From: Verrucomicrobiota bacterium
Lineage (GTDB): Bacteria; Verrucomicrobiota; Verrucomicrobiia; CAIQCK01
Assembly (NCBI GenBank): GCA_016222825.1
Contig: JACRQF010000024.1
Location: 1,614-65,613 of the forward strand
Reading direction: 5' to 3'
DNA: 64,000 nt
In this document: positions 1-9,418 of the stretch, one piece after another
How positions within the stretch are numbered: the first letter of the stretch is position 1
Layout of the letters: the number at the start of each line of letters is the position of its first letter
The notes under the pieces: generated by a model
What the model saw: the letters and a program-made list of their open reading frames with translations, nothing else
Told to the model about the DNA's origin: nothing
The model's database searches: none
Program-made: the position numbers and the translations under genes

Positions 1-2555
1 ACACTTTCCGTGCCGGTGCGTCCGCGACGGATGTCACGCCGACGAATCTCCCCGTCATCGTCAACGGCGGCTTCCTCGCCAAGACCGCCGACAAGATCCA
101 CGACCGGCTCCATGCGCGCTGGCTCGTGCTCGACGACGGAAAGACGCGCATTGCGCTCGGTGTGCTCGACACGTGCGTCATCCCGCGCGAGTTCGCAGAC
201 GACGTGAAAGCGCGCGCGACGAAACTCGCCGGTATCCCGGCGAATCGGATCATGCTTTCGGCCACGCACACGCACAGCGCGCCGTCGTTGATGCAATGCC
301 TCGGCACGCCGCCTGACCCGAATTATCCCGCGTTCGCGGCACCGCTCATCGCCGAGGGTCTGAAGCGCGCGGTGGACAATCTCGCCCCGGCGCGCGTCGG
401 CTGGACGGTCGTGCAGGCGCCGAAGCACACGCACACGCGCGTCTGGATTCGCCGGCCGGACAAGATGCTCACCGATCCGTTTGGCGACGTGACCGTGCGC
501 GCGAACATGCATCCTGGCTACCAGAACCCGGACGCCATCGGGCCGGTGGGGCCGTCCGATCCGGCGATGACGTTGCTGGCGGCGCAGTCGCCCGATGGCA
601 AGCCCATTGCAGTGATGGCGAACTACTCGATGCACTACTTCGGCACGCAGGCGGTGTCGGCGGATTATTATGGGCTGTTCGCGGAGAAGGTCGGGCCGCT
701 CATCGGCGCAGGGGACGGCTTCGTCGGCATCATGTCGCAGGGCACCAGCGGCGACCAGCATTGGATGGACTACAGCCAGCCGAAGCGCGCGATCACGATG
801 GACGCCTACGCCGCTGAGTTGGCGCAGATAGCGGCGGACGCCTATAAGGGCATTGTTTTTGAAGATTGGGTTCCGCTGGCGATGCGAGAGAAGACGCTGC
901 GGATTTCCACGCGCCAGCCGGACGCGAAACGGCTCGCGTGGGCGCGCGACCTCGTCGAGAAAATGGGCGACCGCCAGCCGAAATCGCAGCCGGAGGTTTA
1001 TGCGCGCGAGGCGCTCTGGTTGAAGAAGAACCCGGTGCGCCCGGTGAAGATCCAGGCGGTGCGCGTCGGCGAACTCGGCATCGCCATCTGGCCGTGCGAG
1101 GTGTTCGCCATCAGCGGCTTGAAGATCAAAGCCCAAAGCCCGCTTCAGCCGACGCTGAACATCGAACTGGCCAACGCGGAGGAAGGCTACATCCCGCCGC
1201 CGGAAATTTACCCGCTCGGCGGCTACAACACCTGGCCGTGCCGCAGCGCGGGCTTGGAGCCTGCCGCCGAGCCGAAGCTCGTGGAGGCGTTGCTCGGCCT
1301 GCTCGAAGACGTCAGCGGCAAGAGCCGGCGCGAGGTTCCCTCATCGGCCGGTGCATACGCGGAGATAGTGCTGACCTCAAAGCCGTTCGCCTACTGGCGG
1401 CTCGACGAATGGAGCGGCCCCATCGCGCGCGACGCCACCGGCGCGGGACGCCACGCGATGTATGAACCGGGTGTTGCGCGCTGGCTTGACGGGCCGAAGT
1501 TCGCCGGCGAGGTCACGATCAATCGTTGTCCGCACTTCGCCGGTCATCGGCTGAACGCGACGCTCAAGGGACTGGGAGACACCTACACGATCGAGCTGTG
1601 GTTCTGGGACGGCATGCCGGGAACGGGTCACCTGCTCGAACTCGACGGCCAGCCGGTTTCGCTCAAACCCGCTGCACCGAAGACTTGGCAGCATCTTGTG
1701 TTGATCCGTGATGGCGACCAGGTCACGACGTGGCTGGATGGTAGTCTCGCGCCCGATGTCTTCGCCGGCACACTGCCCGCCGCGCCGAAGAAGATCACGC
1801 TCGCTGCCGGCTTCGAGGGCAAGCTCGATGAGGTCGCCATCTACGATCACGCGCTCACTGCCACAGACATCGCGACGCACTGGAGGGTGTCGGGCATCGA
1901 GGACGTGCGCGCGGCGGAGCGCCAGAAAACGACGCTCCTGGAGCGCGCCCAGCCGCTGCAACTCACCGGTGATTACGCTGGCGCGGTTCAGGCTTTGAAA
2001 CCACGTGTTTACCTGCCGGTCGTCACGGCAAATGGCGGCGCACGCTCCGAACAGGTTGGCGGACAATACAGCGCTGCGTTCTGGTTCCGAAACATCCTGC
2101 CCAACGACGCCCGCCCCGTGACGGCCTATCTGCTTTCGCGCGGTCCCGCAGGCGACCACTCCGCGCCCGGCGACCATCTCGGCATCGGCGGCACACACAA
2201 GCAAAACACCGGACGGCTTTTCTTTTTCAACGGCAACCAGCGCGGCCAAGTCGTGTCCAGCGCCCAGTCGGTGAGTGTTGGCAGTTGGAACCACGTCCTA
2301 TTCGTCCGCGCGGGCAAGCGTGTGACGGCGTATCTGAACGGCGCGAGCGCGCCGGCATTCGACGGCGAGGCCGACGTGACGGCTGCGGGCGCGAACACAT
2401 TCTTTGTCGGAGCGCGATGCGACCAGTTCGCGCCGCTGGACGGACAGATCGCCGAGTTTGCGTTGTTTGACCGCGCGCTCACCGCCGCCGAGGCCGCGCA
2501 ACTTTACCGCGCGGCGGGTTCGTCCGCCAACCCGGCCAAAGGAATGACGCGCTGA
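1..2555 (+). CDS. 5'-truncated neutral/alkaline ceramidase-like amidohydrolase fused to two LamG (concanavalin A-like) domains
   Basis: Frame is open from position 3 (TFRAGASATDVTP...). Motifs HTHSAP, NYSMHY, GTSGDQ and ELANAEEGYIP..GGY. LamG-like segments AYWRLDE..GKLDEVAIYD and WNHVLFVR..DGQIAEFALFDRAL. Confidence 0.8.
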   Translation, partial: TFRAGASATDVTPTNLPVIVNGGFLAKTADKIHDRLHARWLVLDDGKTRIALGVLDTCVIPREFADDVKARATKLAGIPANRIMLSATHTHSAPSLMQCLGTPPDPNYPAFAAPLIAEGLKRAVDNLAPARVGWTVVQAPKHTHTRVWIRRPDKMLTDPFGDVTVRANMHPGYQNPDAIGPVGPSDPAMTLLAAQSPDGKPIAVMANYSMHYFGTQAVSADYYGLFAEKVGPLIGAGDGFVGIMSQGTSGDQHWMDYSQPKRAITMDAYAAELAQIAADAYKGIVFEDWVPLAMREKTLRISTRQPDAKRLAWARDLVEKMGDRQPKSQPEVYAREALWLKKNPVRPVKIQAVRVGELGIAIWPCEVFAISGLKIKAQSPLQPTLNIELANAEEGYIPPPEIYPLGGYNTWPCRSAGLEPAAEPKLVEALLGLLEDVSGKSRREVPSSAGAYAEIVLTSKPFAYWRLDEWSGPIARDATGAGRHAMYEPGVARWLDGPKFAGEVTINRCPHFAGHRLNATLKGLGDTYTIELWFWDGMPGTGHLLELDGQPVSLKPAAPKTWQHLVLIRDGDQVTTWLDGSLAPDVFAGTLPAAPKKITLAAGFEGKLDEVAIYDHALTATDIATHWRVSGIEDVRAAERQKTTLLERAQPLQLTGDYAGAVQALKPRVYLPVVTANGGARSEQVGGQYSAAFWFRNILPNDARPVTAYLLSRGPAGDHSAPGDHLGIGGTHKQNTGRLFFFNGNQRGQVVSSAQSVSVGSWNHVLFVRAGKRVTAYLNGASAPAFDGEADVTAAGANTFFVGARCDQFAPLDGQIAEFALFDRALTAAEAAQLYRAAGSSANPAKGMTR

Positions 2556-2559
2556 GCCT

Positions 2560-4173
2560 ATGATCTGTCGCTTTGCATTCTTGTTTGCTGCGTGGCTAGC
2601 CCTCGTGGGCGTCGCGTCCGCCGCCGAGCCGTCGCGGCCGAACATCGTCGTCATCCTCGCCGATGACATGGGGTTTTCGGACGCGGGTTGCTATGGCGGG
2701 GAGATCCAGACGCCGAACCTCGACCGGCTTGCGGCGAGCGGGCTGCGGTTCTCGCAGTTCTACAACTGCGCGTTATGCGGGCCGTCGCGGTCGGCGTTGA
2801 TGACGGGACTGTATCCGAGCCAGGTCGGGATGTTCAACTGGACGGGCAAGCTGAACAACCGGTGCGTGACGATGTTCGAGTTGCTCAAGCGCGCAGGCTA
2901 CAGGACGGGCGCGGTGGGCCGGCTCGACATGACGACGGCGGAGGACTGGCATGACCCATCGTGCGTGGCGCGCTACGTGGACCGGTTTCTCGGCAACGCG
3001 GGTGGCGGCGGGCCGGGGCATTACTTCAAGGCCGTGCGGACCATGAAGACCTTCATGGACGGCCAGCCGTTCACGCTGCCTGAGAACTGCTACAAGACCG
3101 ATCTCATCACCGACTTCGCGGTGAAGTTCATCGCCGAGGCGGCGACGAAGCCGCAACCGTTCTTCCTCTACGTCGCCGAATACGCGCCGCACTGGCCGCT
3201 GCACGCGAAGGAGCAGGACATGGCAAAGTATCGCGACCTCTACCGGAACCTCGGATGGGACGAGGCCCGGGTGCGACGCCACAAGCGGTTGATCGAACTA
3301 GGCCTCATCAGCAAGGATTGCCCGCTGTCGCTGCGCGACTCGCGCGCGCCAGCGTGGAAAGACGCGCCACACAAGGATTGGGAGGCCGAGCGGATGGCTG
3401 CGTTTGCGGGGCAAGTGGATTCACTCGACCAGAGCGTGGGACGCATCATGGAAGCGCTGCGGCGCGCGGGCGCGGACAAGAACACGCTGGTGCTGTTCCT
3501 CTCCGACAACGGCGCGTCGGACCAGCCGTGGCCGCGGCCGTTGGACAAGCCGGGTGAAACTTGGCGGCTCGATGGCACGCCCACGCGCGTCGGCAACACG
3601 CCGGACATTTCCCCGGGCGGACCTGACACGTTCGTGACCGCCGGCCCGGCGTGGGCCAACGTATCGAACGCGCCTTTCCGCGAACACAAGCAGACGAACT
3701 TCGAGGGCGGCATCGCGACGCCGTTGATCGCGTGGTGGCCGGGTGTCGTCAGGCAAGCCGGCGCGGTCACGCACGAACTCGGCCACATCACGGACATCAC
3801 GGCCACGTGCCTCGACGCGGCGGGCGTGGCGTATCCGAGCGAGTTCAACGGCCGCAGCGTGCTGCCGATGGAGGGCAAAAGCTTGTTGCCAGTTCTCAAG
3901 GGCGGCCAACGCGACGGGCACAAGACGCTCTGCTGGGCGACGTCCGGTTGCCGCGCCATCCGCGAGGGCCAGTGGAAGCTCGTCGCCGGGAAGAACGGGC
4001 CGTGGGAGCTTTTCAATCTCGCCACCGACCGCGCGGAGTCGCAGAATCTCGCCGAGAAGTTCCCCGACACTGTGAAGGACCTCACCGCCAAGTGGCAGCA
4101 GTGGGCAGACCGTTGCGGCGCGAAACCGCGCGCTGCTTCTCCCAAGCGTCCCGTTTCAAAAGCCAAGAAGTAA
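2560..4173 (+). CDS. Arylsulfatase (Cys-type, AtsA-like)
   Basis: Signal peptide, RPNIVVILADDMG, CGPSR (CxPxR), APHWPLH, LSDNG, EGGIATP. Confidence 0.93.
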   Translation: MICRFAFLFAAWLALVGVASAAEPSRPNIVVILADDMGFSDAGCYGGEIQTPNLDRLAASGLRFSQFYNCALCGPSRSALMTGLYPSQVGMFNWTGKLNNRCVTMFELLKRAGYRTGAVGRLDMTTAEDWHDPSCVARYVDRFLGNAGGGGPGHYFKAVRTMKTFMDGQPFTLPENCYKTDLITDFAVKFIAEAATKPQPFFLYVAEYAPHWPLHAKEQDMAKYRDLYRNLGWDEARVRRHKRLIELGLISKDCPLSLRDSRAPAWKDAPHKDWEAERMAAFAGQVDSLDQSVGRIMEALRRAGADKNTLVLFLSDNGASDQPWPRPLDKPGETWRLDGTPTRVGNTPDISPGGPDTFVTAGPAWANVSNAPFREHKQTNFEGGIATPLIAWWPGVVRQAGAVTHELGHITDITATCLDAAGVAYPSEFNGRSVLPMEGKSLLPVLKGGQRDGHKTLCWATSGCRAIREGQWKLVAGKNGPWELFNLATDRAESQNLAEKFPDTVKDLTAKWQQWADRCGAKPRAASPKRPVSKAKK

Positions 4174-4202
4174 CCAATCAACATCCATCAAGGAACCCAA
4201 CC

Positions 4203-5567
4203 ATGAGCCAGCAAATCAATCGCCGTGACTTCCTGAAGACCGCCGCCGTTGCCGCCAGCGCGCTCGCGGCCCCGAACATCATCCCCGCGACCGCGTTCGG
4301 CGCGAACAACAAGATCAGCATCGGCTGCATCGGCGTCGGCGGGCGCGGCCGGGGGAACATGAACGTCTTCCTCGGTCTGGACAATTGCCGCGTTGTCGCT
4401 GTGTGTGACACCTACAAGGACCGGCAGGAGCGGGCCAAGAAAATGGCCGACACCAAGTATGGCGACCAGGGCTGCGCGATGTTCGGCGACTATCGCGAGT
4501 TGATCGCGCGCAAAGACATTGACGCGGTGATGATTGCTCCGCAGGACCACTGGCACGTGCTCATCGCGACGGCCGCCGCCGCGGCGGGCAAGGACATGTA
4601 TTGCGAGAAACCGATGGGCGTGTCGGTCGAGGAAGGCCGCCTGATCTACAACGCCATCCGCAAACACAAGCGCGTGTTCCAAGCCGGCACCTGGCAACGC
4701 GGGCATGGCAAGTTCCGCCAGGCCGCTGCGCTGGTCCGCAACGGCTACATCGGCAAGTTGCAGGAGATCCAGGTCTCCGCCCCCGGCCCGCAATACCAGC
4801 CGAAATACGACGGCCCGATGGACCCGCAGCCCGTGCCGGACGGTTTCGACTGGAACATGTGGCGCGGCCCTGCGGCGGCCAAGCCCTACAACCCTGGCCG
4901 CGTCGCGTGGCCCGACTGGTATCTCATCTGGGACTATTGCGCCGGTTTCATCTGCAACTGGGGCGTGCATCACCTTGACATCGCCTATTGGGGCTGCCCG
5001 GCCATCGGCAAGGAGGCGTGCGAGATCGAGTGCAAGGGCGTTTATCGCAAGAAAGGCTTCACCGACAACATCGAGAACTGGAACGCGACGTTCACCTTCG
5101 CCAGCGGCCTCAAGATGGTCTTCACCGACCAGAACCAGCAGCAGGTTGGCACCAAGTTCATTGGCGACAAGGGTTGGGTCCATGTGGACCGCGGTCCGGA
5201 AAACGGAAAGATTTCCGCGGAGCCGGAGTCGTTGCTCAAGGTCCGGCTCAAGTCGGGTGAAACCAACGTCTATCAGTGCGCCGAGCCGGGCGAAGACATC
5301 ATCACCATCAAGAAGAAAGCCGGCGATGAGATCGCGTTCCGGTCGTTCAACCACGGCGACGATTTCCTGAACAGCGTGCGCACCCGCAAAGATCCCGTCT
5401 CGAACGTGGACGCGACGCACGTCGCGAGCTACCTCGGCCTCATTGCCGAGATCGCCGCGCGGCTGGAAACGAAGCTGAAGTGGGACCCGAAGAAGGAAAA
5501 GTTCATCGGCAACGACGAGGCCAACAAACGGCTGAAGCGGCCGATGCACAATGGCTGGAAACTGTAG
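4203..5567 (+). CDS. Tat-exported Gfo/Idh/MocA oxidoreductase
   Basis: NRRDFLK Tat motif, IGVGGRG, DHWH, YCEKP, NWGVHHLD. ATG at 4203 chosen over the long upstream extension in the track. Confidence 0.92.
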   Translation: MSQQINRRDFLKTAAVAASALAAPNIIPATAFGANNKISIGCIGVGGRGRGNMNVFLGLDNCRVVAVCDTYKDRQERAKKMADTKYGDQGCAMFGDYRELIARKDIDAVMIAPQDHWHVLIATAAAAAGKDMYCEKPMGVSVEEGRLIYNAIRKHKRVFQAGTWQRGHGKFRQAAALVRNGYIGKLQEIQVSAPGPQYQPKYDGPMDPQPVPDGFDWNMWRGPAAAKPYNPGRVAWPDWYLIWDYCAGFICNWGVHHLDIAYWGCPAIGKEACEIECKGVYRKKGFTDNIENWNATFTFASGLKMVFTDQNQQQVGTKFIGDKGWVHVDRGPENGKISAEPESLLKVRLKSGETNVYQCAEPGEDIITIKKKAGDEIAFRSFNHGDDFLNSVRTRKDPVSNVDATHVASYLGLIAEIAARLETKLKWDPKKEKFIGNDEANKRLKRPMHNGWKL

Positions 5568-5621
5568 CAGACGCGGCGATTGCCGCTTCGTGTATCAAAA
5601 ACAAGTTCGAGGAGTTGCGCT

Positions 5622-6956
5622 ATGAAACCGCAGATGAACCGTCGTGATTTTCTGAGAGGCTCTGCCGTCGCTGCAGCGGCGGTCAGTTTGCCAAACCTCA
5701 TCCCCGCGTCCGCTTTTGGCGCGAACGACAAGGTGGTCATGGGCTGCATCGGCCTCGGCATTCAAGGGAGGGGCAACATGGGGGCGTTCCGCGGGAACAC
5801 GGACGTCCACGTCGTGGCCGTGTGCGACGTCCACGAAACCCAGCGAAACCAAGGCAAGAACTCGGTGGATGAGTTCTACAACAACAAGGACTGCGCCGCT
5901 TACAAAGACTTCCGCGAGTTGATGCAGCGCAAGGACATTGACGCCGTGCAGATCACAGTGCCGGACCATTGGCACGTGTTGGTCGCGATGGAGGCTGTCC
6001 GGTGGGGCAAACACATGTATTGCGAGAAGCCCATCGGCTGGAGCGTCCGCGCGGCGCAGGTTCTGCGGAAGGCGGTGAAAGAGAGCAAGGTGGTGTTCCA
6101 GTTCGGGACGCAGCAGCGGTCCACCGGCAGTTTCCGGCGCGTCTGCGAACTGGTCCGCAACGGTAGGATCGGCAAGTTGAAAACGATCCTCGTCGGCGTG
6201 CCGGGAAGCTGGACGTGTCCGAAGCAACCCACCGAGCCGGTGCCGAAGGAACTCGATTACGAACTGTGGCTTGGCCCCGCGCCGATGGCGCCCTACTGTT
6301 TCCAACGTTGCCGGCCGTGGACAAAAAGCCAGGGCTGGGGCGGCTACAGCATCTGGTATTGCATCTCGGATTATTGCATGGGGATGATTGGCAACTGGGG
6401 CGTGCATCATCTCGACATCGCGCAGTGGGCAAACGGCACCGATCTCAGCGGCCCGACGGAAATCGAAGGCACGGGCGAGTTTCCCAAAGACATGCTCACC
6501 GACTGCGCCACCAACTGGCAGGTAGAGAACCGCTACGCCAACGGCGTCACGTTGATCCACATGGACGACGCGACCGCAAAAAAACACCCGTTGCAGAAGG
6601 GTGGTCACGGCCACGGCGTGCTGTTCCTCGGCACCGAGGGGTGGATCCATGTGGATCGCTCTGGCATGGATGCTGAGCCGAAATCGCTGATCAAGGCGCA
6701 GACCGCGCCGAGCGAAATCCATCTCTTCAAGAGCACCAACCATCAGGCTAACTTCATTGACGCCGCCAAAGGCGAGACCAAGCCGGCCGCGCCGATTGAT
6801 GTCGCGGTTTGCTCGGACATCCTGTGCAACCTCGAACAGATCGCCATCAAGTTAAAGCGAAAACTCCGCTGGGATCCTGCGCGGGAACTCTTTATCAACG
6901 ACGACGAGGCGAACAAGATGCTGGACCGGCCGATGCATAATGGGTGGAAGCTGTGA
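5622..6956 (+). CDS. Tat-exported Gfo/Idh/MocA oxidoreductase (tandem paralog)
   Basis: NRRDFLR, IGLGIQG, PDHWH, YCEKP, NWGVHHLD. GAGGAG upstream of ATG 5622. C-terminus RPMHNGWKL is identical to the previous gene. Confidence 0.92.
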   Translation: MKPQMNRRDFLRGSAVAAAAVSLPNLIPASAFGANDKVVMGCIGLGIQGRGNMGAFRGNTDVHVVAVCDVHETQRNQGKNSVDEFYNNKDCAAYKDFRELMQRKDIDAVQITVPDHWHVLVAMEAVRWGKHMYCEKPIGWSVRAAQVLRKAVKESKVVFQFGTQQRSTGSFRRVCELVRNGRIGKLKTILVGVPGSWTCPKQPTEPVPKELDYELWLGPAPMAPYCFQRCRPWTKSQGWGGYSIWYCISDYCMGMIGNWGVHHLDIAQWANGTDLSGPTEIEGTGEFPKDMLTDCATNWQVENRYANGVTLIHMDDATAKKHPLQKGGHGHGVLFLGTEGWIHVDRSGMDAEPKSLIKAQTAPSEIHLFKSTNHQANFIDAAKGETKPAAPIDVAVCSDILCNLEQIAIKLKRKLRWDPARELFINDDEANKMLDRPMHNGWKL

Positions 6957-6991
6957 CCAACGCAGACACCAACCCGCCGCCACATTGACGG

Positions 6992-8500
6992 ATGAAACGA
7001 CGCGCCTTTATCACCACAGTCGTCTCCGGCGCTGCGCTCACGGCCCTCGGCAGCATGAATCTGATCGCCGCCCCGACGAAAGGAAAGGGCGGCAAGAGGA
7101 GCAAAGGCGGCCAGCCTGCGACGCCAGCGGGTTTCCGAGCTGGCGCGGCCACGAGCAACATCACCCCCGCGCTCGGCGTGGTGCTGGATGGCACGATCAT
7201 GCAGATCGGTCCCGCCAAGCACGTGCATGATGAATTGCACGCGCGCTGTCTGGCTCTGGACGACGGCGCGACGCGCGTCGCGTTTGTCATCTGCGACACC
7301 ACCATGATCTCGCGGGAGCTGGTGGATCGCGCCCGGCAATTGATCTCGCAAACCACCGGCATCCCTCCGTCGCACATCCTCATCTCGGCCACGCACACGC
7401 ACAGTTCGCCCCGCTTGATTGACCTCGGCTTGGGCGAAGCCAACCGGCGCTACGAAGACTTCGCGGTGCAGCGGATGGCGGACGGCGTCCAGCGCGCGGT
7501 CAACAGCCTCGCGCCGGCCCGCGTCGGCTGGGGCAGTGTGCAAAAGCCGGAGCACGTCCACAACCGGCGCTGGCTGCTCAAGCCGGACCACTCGCTGGTC
7601 AATCCCTTCGGCGAAAAGACCGACCGCGCGTGGATGTATGCGCCCAAGGAAGTGGCGCTGGAGCCGGCCGGTCCGGTGGATCCTGAAGTGGCGTTTCTCG
7701 CCGTGCAGCACACCGAAGGCCGGCCGTTGGCCGTGCTCGCCAACTGCGCCCTGCACTACGTGGGCGGCATTCCCGCGGGCACCATCAGCGCCGATTACTT
7801 CGGCGTTTTCTGCCGTCGGCTGGAGGAGCTTTTGGGCGCGACACAAGACCCGCCTTTTGTGGCGATGATGTCCAACGGCACCTGCGGCGATGTCTCCAAT
7901 AAGCGCATGGGAGATGCCGGCGAACCCCGCCCCGCACTGTCGGGGCCTTATGGCAAGATGCGCTTCGTCGGCCACGACGTGGCCGAGGCAGTGGCCGCCG
8001 CTTTCAAGTCGGTCCAGTATCAGGACCGCCCGACGCTGGCGGCGGTTGAATCCGAACTCTCCCTCGGCGTCCGCCGACCCGATGCGGCGCGGCTCGAATG
8101 GGCGAAGAAGACCGCCGTTCCCGGCCCGGCGACCAACAAGCTGACCCGCCCGCAAATCTATGCACGCGAGGTGTTGCACCTCGCGGAGATGCCGCCGCAG
8201 GAACCGTTCCGCCTGCAATCCATCCGCATCGGCGACATCGCCGTCGGCGCCATTCCCTGCGAGGTGTTCGCGGAGACGGGGCTGGCGATCAAGAAACAGA
8301 GCACCGCGCGCCACACCTTTGTCATCGAGCTGGCCAACGGCTTTCACGGCTACCTGCCGACTCCGCGCCAGCACGAACTGGGCGGCTACGAAACCTGGCC
8401 CGCCCGTTCCAGCCACCTCGAAGTGGCCGCCTCAGACAAGATCCAAGCCGAGATGCTGCGGCTGTTGGGCCGCGTAATCGGCGCTGCGTCTGCGCCCTGA
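6992..8500 (+). CDS. Tat-exported neutral ceramidase-like amidohydrolase
   Basis: KRRAFI, HTHSSP, NCALHY, GTCGDV, EVFAETG, ELANGFHGYLPT..GGYE. Confidence 0.8.
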   Translation: MKRRAFITTVVSGAALTALGSMNLIAAPTKGKGGKRSKGGQPATPAGFRAGAATSNITPALGVVLDGTIMQIGPAKHVHDELHARCLALDDGATRVAFVICDTTMISRELVDRARQLISQTTGIPPSHILISATHTHSSPRLIDLGLGEANRRYEDFAVQRMADGVQRAVNSLAPARVGWGSVQKPEHVHNRRWLLKPDHSLVNPFGEKTDRAWMYAPKEVALEPAGPVDPEVAFLAVQHTEGRPLAVLANCALHYVGGIPAGTISADYFGVFCRRLEELLGATQDPPFVAMMSNGTCGDVSNKRMGDAGEPRPALSGPYGKMRFVGHDVAEAVAAAFKSVQYQDRPTLAAVESELSLGVRRPDAARLEWAKKTAVPGPATNKLTRPQIYAREVLHLAEMPPQEPFRLQSIRIGDIAVGAIPCEVFAETGLAIKKQSTARHTFVIELANGFHGYLPTPRQHELGGYETWPARSSHLEVAASDKIQAEMLRLLGRVIGAASAP

Positions 8501-8518
8501 CCCCACACGAGTCATCCT

Positions 8519-9376
8519 ATGAAACATCAAATCAACCGTCGTGATTTCCTGAGAAGCTCCGCCGCCGCCCTCGCCGTTGCCAGCGGCGCGTGGCCGGGCG
8601 AGACACACGCCGCCTCACGGCGATGCCCGCGCATCGGCAGTTGCATGATTGGCCTGCCCGAAGCCAAACAAGCCGGACTCGACGGCGCTGAAGTAAGAGT
8701 CGGCCCCGTCGCCGACCATTTGCAGATTGCCGACAAGGCCGTCCGCCAATCCTACAAGGACCAGATGCGCGAGACAGGCCTCGTCATCCCGTCCGTCGTG
8801 CTCGGCATCCTCAACTCCGCCCCGCTCGCCAGCGACCCGCGTGGCCCAGCGTGGCTCGAACAGACGATTGACGCCGCCGCCGATCTCGGCGCGAAGGTCA
8901 TCCTCGTCGCCTTCTTCAGCAAAGGCGACCTGCTGGACGCCGACAGGAAGGTCAAACAGAAGGACGTGGACGTCGTTGTTGAGCGCATTCGCGCCGCCGC
9001 TCCCCGCGCCAAGGCGGCCGGCGTCACGCTCGCCATCGAGAATACGCTCCCCGCCACCGAAAACATCCGCATCCTCGACCGCATCGGCCACGAGGCCGTG
9101 AAGGTCTATTACGATGTCTATAACACGGGTGTCACCAAAGGCTACGACGTGCCGGCGGAACTGAGGCTCCTGAAAGACCGCGTCGCGCAGGTGCATTTCA
9201 AGAATGGCCCGCAGTATCTCGAAGACCGCAAAGGCTACTTCGAGCCGATCGTCGCCGCCCTCAACGATATCCGCTACAGCGGCTGGATCGTTCTCGAAAC
9301 CTCCAATCCGTCGAAGAACCCTGTCGCCGACACGCGCCGCAACGCCGAATTCATCCGCCGCCTTTACACCAGTTGA
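8519..9376 (+). CDS. Tat-exported sugar phosphate isomerase/epimerase (xylose isomerase-like TIM barrel)
   Basis: NRRDFLR, LAIEN, YYDVYN, VHFKN, WIVLE metal-site pattern. Confidence 0.87.
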   Translation: MKHQINRRDFLRSSAAALAVASGAWPGETHAASRRCPRIGSCMIGLPEAKQAGLDGAEVRVGPVADHLQIADKAVRQSYKDQMRETGLVIPSVVLGILNSAPLASDPRGPAWLEQTIDAAADLGAKVILVAFFSKGDLLDADRKVKQKDVDVVVERIRAAAPRAKAAGVTLAIENTLPATENIRILDRIGHEAVKVYYDVYNTGVTKGYDVPAELRLLKDRVAQVHFKNGPQYLEDRKGYFEPIVAALNDIRYSGWIVLETSNPSKNPVADTRRNAEFIRRLYTS

Positions 9377-9418
9377 AACGGCAGGTCATCGCCGCAGAGA
9401 TGCCAATTAACAACCACC

